Positions 59,022-64,000 of a stretch of DNA of 64,000 bases are shown piece by piece (the first letter of the stretch is position 1; each line of letters begins with the position of its first letter). The position numbers and the translations under genes are program-made. The DNA is taken from the NCBI GenBank assembly GCA_041660005.1, contig JBAZXG010000004.1, forward strand, positions 69,720 to 133,719, in the 5' to 3' direction. The notes under the pieces were generated by a model. It did not search any database. It was not told where the DNA came from and saw only the letters and a program-made list of their open reading frames with translations. Source of the stretch: Patescibacteria group bacterium (GTDB taxonomy: Bacteria; Patescibacteriota; Patescibacteriia; GWA2-46-9).

Positions 59022-59420
59022 CTAACTGACCGTTAAAAGTTTTTCTGATATGTAGCCAGTTAATGCCAACTGCAAAATTGGCGTCAGCCCTACGTTAAGG
59101 ATTGGAACAATTGGCATGAATGCGGTGTATGCCCAGCGACCGGTTTCTAAGGCCCATAGTTCAATAACGATCGCTATAATGAGTCCACCAGTGACAACTA
59201 CAGTCGATTTATTTAATTTAAACTTTTGAGCTAGCAGTGCTAAAGCTAAAATAACTATCGCATCAACCAGTGCCGCTCTCAATAAAACAAAAGGTGTTAT
59301 TGCCCCGCCCTGATAATGAACATACAACACACTATGTGTCGTTTCCCATACCCAGTTCAAAATGAGCGCAAAGAGAAACAGAAAAATAAATTTTTTTGGA
59401 TTCCTCCCTATTTCATGCAT
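59022..59420 (-). CDS. Hypothetical membrane protein
   Basis: LNWVWE..H..LY...E..AL..GRWAY...MP....VGLTPILQ pattern. Confidence 0.7.
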   Translation of the reverse strand: MHEIGRNPKKFIFLFLFALILNWVWETTHSVLYVHYQGGAITPFVLLRAALVDAIVILALALLAQKFKLNKSTVVVTGGLIIAIVIELWALETGRWAYTAFMPIVPILNVGLTPILQLALTGYISEKLLTVS

Positions 59421-59441
59421 TACAACCGCGAAGCTTACCGT

Positions 59442-59822
59442 CTAAATTTTTTTGAATTGTTTTTTGCGCCACCCAACAAGTGACGGAAGCACAAAAGTCA
59501 AAGCGTAATAAACATAAACGTCTGGCTTATAGTACCCATCAGCCGGCTGCAGCATTTTGACCAAGAAAAAATAATCAAAGACTATAGCGATAAGCACCCA
59601 TACAACTGCAAGTAAAATATAATACTTGAGTGAGTCCCCTTTTACTTTTTTAAACAACACCCAAAGGGTGATAACGGTCCCGACTGGCATAATATACCAG
59701 CCAATCATTGCAGGTGGCACCATTGAGAAAAGAACCATCCCTAAGATGTAGCCGATGAGCCAAAGAACAAACCCCCAACCAAAAGCGTCTTTGAGAAATT
59801 GCTTACCGAGAAATAACTGCAT
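59442..59822 (-). CDS. Hypothetical membrane protein
   Basis: Four TM segments; FDYFF..YYK.DV..YY pattern. Confidence 0.7.
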   Translation of the reverse strand: MQLFLGKQFLKDAFGWGFVLWLIGYILGMVLFSMVPPAMIGWYIMPVGTVITLWVLFKKVKGDSLKYYILLAVVWVLIAIVFDYFFLVKMLQPADGYYKPDVYVYYALTFVLPSLVGWRKKQFKKI

Positions 59823-59842
59823 AGATTAAATTATAGATTACA

Positions 59843-61279
59843 TTAAAATTTGTGCCAAAGAACCTGGTTCGTTACTTCGTGGTGATAAATTATTTCAGAT
59901 GGTTTTATGGTCGTTCCCAATGCTTTCGGGCTGCGATCGGCGGCCATTTGCTTAAACTCAACATACTTTTCCTGGTTGACCTCATCGATAATTTTTCCGA
60001 CAAATTCACTTGCTTTAAACAATTTTATCGCGTCATTGATATTGTCTGGTAAAACACGAACTCTATCTCGTTTGCCCTTATCTTTAACTAAGAGTTTCCC
60101 TTCAAGTCCTGTTCGAAGAATCGTATAAAATGCCAAGTATGGATTGGCGTCTGGTGCCACAGAGCGAATTTCAATGCGGGTCGATTGCTCGTTCCCTACA
60201 GGGATACGGATCATAGAACCACGATCAATGGGCGAAACTTTGATCTGATTTGGTGCTTCAAAATGCGGATCAAGCCGACGATACGCATTGACGCTTGAAT
60301 TAAGAGTAAGGCAAATTTCAGATGCGTGGTTTAAAATTCGCGAAATAAAGTCCCGGGCGGTGTCTGATAAACTTTCTTTTCCACGTGCGTTATAAAAAAT
60401 ATTTTTTCCATTCTTGGCAAGAGAAAGATTGGTGTGCATGCCAGAACCATTAATGCCAATAAATGGCTTAGGTAAAAACGTTGCGGTCATGCCTAAGTTA
60501 TTAGCAACTTGTCGGCAAACAAGCTTATAGAGTTGTACATTGTCGGCAGCTCGCACAATATCGCTATAAGAAAAGTTCATTTCAAATTGCGAGGGAGCAA
60601 CTTCAGGGTGATCTTTCTCGTTTCTAAACCCCATGGCGCGCTGTGCCTCTGCTGCCCGGTCAATAAACTGACGCAATCTATCCAACGGTAAGGAGTGGTA
60701 GTAACCGCCGGTTGAAATAAACTGAAAGGAGTTTGTTTCTTCGTACTTTTGTTCAGAGTTTATTCCGTCAACCAAAAACCCTTCTACTTCGGCCGCTACG
60801 TTCACAGTAATCCCACGTTTTTTCTTAAGCTCTTCAGTGTAGAGTTTCAGCCGACTACGAAAATCGGAAACATACGGTTCACGATTTCTGTCGAGTACAT
60901 CGACAAATATAATAACTTTGCCAGAACCAAAAACATCTGCTGGCAAAAAACGAATACTGCCCCAATCAATGCCAAGGCGCAAATCAGATTCCTGTTGCTG
61001 ACTGAACCCGCGAATGGAAGACCCGTCGAATGTTAAGTTGTTGGCTGAATCCAGCAAGAATCTCTTGTCATAATCCAACATGTGAAAACGGCCCTCAAGG
61101 TCAGTAAAACAAACCGTTACGGCTTTAATGCTCTTTTCTTTTTCTAAATAGGCGCGGTATTCCTTTTCAAGTTCCTTGTTACTCAATTTTTCCGCATGCT
61201 CTTTGGCACGCAAATTCATCACTTCGAGATTATCATAGGGAATTTCTAAAAAGCTCTTCAATTTATTATCTTTTTCCAT
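59843..61279 (-). CDS. glnA: Glutamine synthetase type I
   Basis: FDGSSI, HPEVAPSQFE, TFLPKP..G.NGSGMH, NAYRRL..FEAP and RIEIRSVAPDANPY motifs. Confidence 0.95.
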   Translation of the reverse strand: MEKDNKLKSFLEIPYDNLEVMNLRAKEHAEKLSNKELEKEYRAYLEKEKSIKAVTVCFTDLEGRFHMLDYDKRFLLDSANNLTFDGSSIRGFSQQQESDLRLGIDWGSIRFLPADVFGSGKVIIFVDVLDRNREPYVSDFRSRLKLYTEELKKKRGITVNVAAEVEGFLVDGINSEQKYEETNSFQFISTGGYYHSLPLDRLRQFIDRAAEAQRAMGFRNEKDHPEVAPSQFEMNFSYSDIVRAADNVQLYKLVCRQVANNLGMTATFLPKPFIGINGSGMHTNLSLAKNGKNIFYNARGKESLSDTARDFISRILNHASEICLTLNSSVNAYRRLDPHFEAPNQIKVSPIDRGSMIRIPVGNEQSTRIEIRSVAPDANPYLAFYTILRTGLEGKLLVKDKGKRDRVRVLPDNINDAIKLFKASEFVGKIIDEVNQEKYVEFKQMAADRSPKALGTTIKPSEIIYHHEVTNQVLWHKF

Positions 61280-61444
61280 ATTTAAACTATCTTAATGAAT
61301 ATTTAATATAAAAAAGCTTTACTTTAATTTTATTATGAAACAACTTAATATAAATGTCTTGTGGATAACTGCTGATGATATTTTATGCTCAAATAATGCT
61401 TTTTAATAAAGGTGCCGTTTGGGCATTAGCTATGACAAAGTAGT

Positions 61445-61490
61445 AAAAAGACGAGGGGCGGGAGGTCAGCGTTGCTGACATCCCGCCCCT
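61445..61490 (-). terminator. Intrinsic terminator of the 61511-62271 islet
   Basis: AGGGGCGGGA.GTCAGC/GCTGAC.TCCCGCCCCT stem with a T-run on the minus strand. Confidence 0.75.
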
Positions 61491-61510
61491 TCGACGTCGC
61501 GGCTTGGCGG

Positions 61511-62029
61511 CTACTCGAGCAGCAACCAACCCCTGTGCTTCAGTGAAAAACACCTCCCACAGAGATCAGGTACCGGCTCCGAATGGGCTTCCGGCAAAAC
61601 GCCGCTGATGTCGCCACAGGAACGACAGTAGTAGGTCATGGGTGACCCAGCAGGAAGAGCGCTGTTGTCCACTCGCTTCCTTCCGGCGTTCTTGGAGCGA
61701 CGTGCTTCCAGCTGTCGCAGGGCCTCCTCGCGTTCTGCGTCCGGCATCTTCATCCCGAGAAGTGGCAGTAGCACTTGCCGCCACTGATGAACAGTCGCGT
61801 AAACGCCGTTGATCTTGAGAGTATCCGTATGCGGGTCGCCGGTAGGACGCTCCTCGTAGCAGATCTCGAGGCGCTCCTTGCAGCCACACCGGATGAGATC
61901 GCGCGGACCCACACGTCGCGGTGTTCCGCCCTGTCGTATGGGACCGTGGTCATGCGCCTGACGAGTGGTGATTCGCAGCGGCAGCGCAGCGAAACCCACA
62001 TCTTCTGTTACCTTTCTGGTTATTGTCAC
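61511..62029 (-). CDS. Hypothetical protein with a C-terminal CxxC...CxxC zinc ribbon
   Basis: AAGGAGG SD before GTG; CRSC and CGRC motifs; GC-rich. Confidence 0.65.
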   Translation of the reverse strand: MTITRKVTEDVGFAALPLRITTRQAHDHGPIRQGGTPRRVGPRDLIRCGCKERLEICYEERPTGDPHTDTLKINGVYATVHQWRQVLLPLLGMKMPDAEREEALRQLEARRSKNAGRKRVDNSALPAGSPMTYYCRSCGDISGVLPEAHSEPVPDLCGRCFSLKHRGWLLLE

Positions 62030-62047
62030 AGTTCCTCCTTGCAGACG

Positions 62048-62271
62048 TCATGTCTGCAGGTCTTCGAGCCAGATCCGAACATGCTCCGGATCCATTAATT
62101 CAGAGAAGAACAGCGAAGCTGCCTCCCCCATGATTGCTTCTGCGTCAGCCCACCGAGAATCTTCCCCCTGCTTGCTCGTCGCTTCGCTTCGGCGACGGCT
62201 ACTTCCTTCGTGGAAGCAAACTCGGGATGCTCGTTGCAAAACTTCTCTATATTTCGAACTGAAACGGACAT
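62048..62271 (-). pseudogene. Small gene apparently split by a frameshift near a G5 run
   Basis: Perfect SD AAGGAGGTGA before ATG 62271. The alternate frame (EDSRWADAEA...LEDLQT) ends right before the next gene's SD. Confidence 0.45.
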
Positions 62272-62520
62272 GACATCACCTCCTTTGTGCCCGTCTATTC
62301 TTTTGAAACTACGTTCCAACGAATTCTTGAACTGTCGCACCTTAGATAAAAATCGCCTCCTTATCAATCATTCGAATTATTACAACGACAATAAATAAAA
62401 ATCCTACCGCAGAAAGTGAAGAATTTATCTTTAACTCTGGTCTTCGGCTCCACTTTGATCACGAGCTCAGGGTCGAGCGATGAATGATGATCTTTAAGGA
62501 TCAAAAGAATAAATTTTCTC

Positions 62521-63384
62521 TTACTTCGCAATCAGTAGCAATCCAGCGACACCAGCAGCCACCGCCAGGGCTTTGGAAATAATATGCTGCCGCTCCTTTA
62601 GGTAGAAGTAAGCAGCAATGACAACAGCTACCGACAAAAAATCGGTTGCGGCACTAATCACTGAAGCGGTACTCATTTTAAGCGCCAAAACAAAAGCAAT
62701 TGATTTGAGGACACCTGTAGCACCCCAAGTAACCAATGTCTGCCTTGCCCCAAGAGCTTTACTAAAAAGATGTGGAAGTTTTTTGAGTTCCTTGTGGGCT
62801 AATATAGCTCCCCAGGTAATCTGCGCTCCCCAGCCATAGATGAGGTAAGTGCCAAAGTCTACCTGACTCAGCATAAAGCGCTCGTAAGCCACTGCCACGC
62901 CCATAATCACAGCGCTTAATAAGCATATTAAAATACCATTAATACTGACCAGACTTTTTTTATTAAGCTGCGATGATGCGGCGAGGACGCCAGATAAAAT
63001 TAATAACCCTACCCCTAAAAATTGAAGTGTCTTTAAACTTTCATGAAGAAATGGTAAAGCAATGATTAAAGTAAAAATCGGACTCAAATTATTGATGATA
63101 GTAAAAATACCAACATCAACTTTTTTATTTCCTTCAAAGGCGACAATGTTAGCAATTGGCCAAATGAGGCTGCCGCCCAACAAGAACAATAAATTGAGCA
63201 GTCCGACGTTGAGGTTATGTGGGAAGAACCAAAATAAAATGACGGTTGCTGGCAGAAGAAAAAACAAGAAAAATACGGAATTAATCAAACGATTATATTC
63301 TCCAAGCTTCTTAGCGAGCACTTGCCTCAGTAAGTAATTTGCGGTGCCAAAAACAAAATAGAGAAGTACAAGTAGTTGCCACAT
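62521..63384 (-). CDS. EamA/DMT-family transporter
   Basis: Ten TM segments in two repeats; P.FT...A..FLHE and YFYLKE motifs. Confidence 0.85.
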   Translation of the reverse strand: MWQLLVLLYFVFGTANYLLRQVLAKKLGEYNRLINSVFFLFFLLPATVILFWFFPHNLNVGLLNLLFLLGGSLIWPIANIVAFEGNKKVDVGIFTIINNLSPIFTLIIALPFLHESLKTLQFLGVGLLILSGVLAASSQLNKKSLVSINGILICLLSAVIMGVAVAYERFMLSQVDFGTYLIYGWGAQITWGAILAHKELKKLPHLFSKALGARQTLVTWGATGVLKSIAFVLALKMSTASVISAATDFLSVAVVIAAYFYLKERQHIISKALAVAAGVAGLLLIAK

Positions 63385-63406
63385 ATATCTACTATGCTCA
63401 AACTGT

Positions 63407-63727
63407 CTATGGTTTTATATTTTGTACAATCTGCTTGGCTCTGCGGTCAATGTAGGCAGACCCTAAAATACCAAGCGCTGCCACCGCAATACTCACCCCC
63501 ACCAAAATAAACAGGGCGGTAAACAATCTCGTGCCGTCTGAAGTTGGGTGTAAGTCACCGTAGCCGACTGTAGCTAAAGTCGAAACAGTAAAATAAAACG
63601 ACTGAATCCAAGACCAGTTTTCAAACTGGTGATAAACAAGCGTTCCTACGATAATTAACAAAACGAGGGCAGAAATTGCCACCCACCCCCGCGCAATGCT
63701 GTGATGTTTTTGTTCTTCTGTATGCAT
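63407..63727 (-). CDS. Two-TM potassium channel pore subunit
   Basis: TLATVGYGD selectivity filter. Confidence 0.93.
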   Translation of the reverse strand: MHTEEQKHHSIARGWVAISALVLLIIVGTLVYHQFENWSWIQSFYFTVSTLATVGYGDLHPTSDGTRLFTALFILVGVSIAVAALGILGSAYIDRRAKQIVQNIKP

Positions 63728-63881
63728 AAAGTATGTAACTACATTAACAGTAAATGAAAGAAAAAACTATTCACTGAAGTTAAGGACGAGACGTAGTCCG
63801 TCGAACTTAGCAAAAAGACCTGGCTCAAAACGGTCGTGTTTTGAACGTGTTGAAAGCATTGTACTCAACGGTCAAATGACG

Positions 63882-63932
63882 AAGGGCGGGTCGATCGGGA
63901 GCATAGTTGCCACCGACCGAAACCGCCCCTCT
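63882..63932 (-). terminator. Probable terminator hairpin of a gene beyond the window edge
   Basis: AAGGGCGG...CCGCCCCT outer stem similar to those at 45131 and 61454. Confidence 0.45.
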
Positions 63933-64000
63933 TTGTTCTTCATAGTTTCCCTCTCAACGTGCTTCAGTTAGCACGGTTCTTAGATTCTTGATCTTCTTCA

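Noticed and set aside
63775-63812. GAGACGTAGTCC as a group I intron S element or hammerhead core
   Set aside because: No matching R element or CTGANGA/GAAA core; only a small hairpin.
1-64000. Prophage, integron, complete DGR or alternative genetic code
   Set aside because: No integrase, terminase, capsid or RT was recognised. TGA, TAA and TAG all terminate conserved genes at expected lengths.

Overview
A gene-dense bacterial chromosome segment (standard code, mostly minus-strand genes). It is most consistent with a Patescibacteria/CPR (Parcubacteria-like) genome. That placement is inferred from frr-rseP adjacency without uppS/cdsA/dxr, CPR-typical orphan families, giant surface proteins and generally weak SD sites. 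Core genes include partial rsmI, trxB, proS-mreB-mreC-mreD-mrdA, holB, frr, rseP, dus, greA and cspA. There are four large secreted/surface proteins; two share a C-terminal domain. Five things stand out. (1) Two diverged copies (~9445-9892 and ~19885-20275) of a non-coding, highly structured element. It is built from inverted half-units with covarying stems, a conserved apical motif and a shared 20-nt tail. (2) A tightly linked aminotransferase / archaeal-type PEP carboxylase / ThDP decarboxylase / SSADH cluster that could form a self-contained PEP+Glu -> Asp+succinate shunt. It is headed by a PLP decarboxylase with a 32-codon leader ORF. (3) GC-rich gene islets with their own SD and terminator (two with clear promoters), one resembling a remote DGR target. 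(4) A class I PDE-like HD protein and a TfoX-HAD fusion. (5) Two genes apparently broken by a single event. No rRNA, tRNA, CRISPR array, transposase, integrase or reverse transcriptase was recognised. All calls are from motif recognition by eye; no database searches were run.
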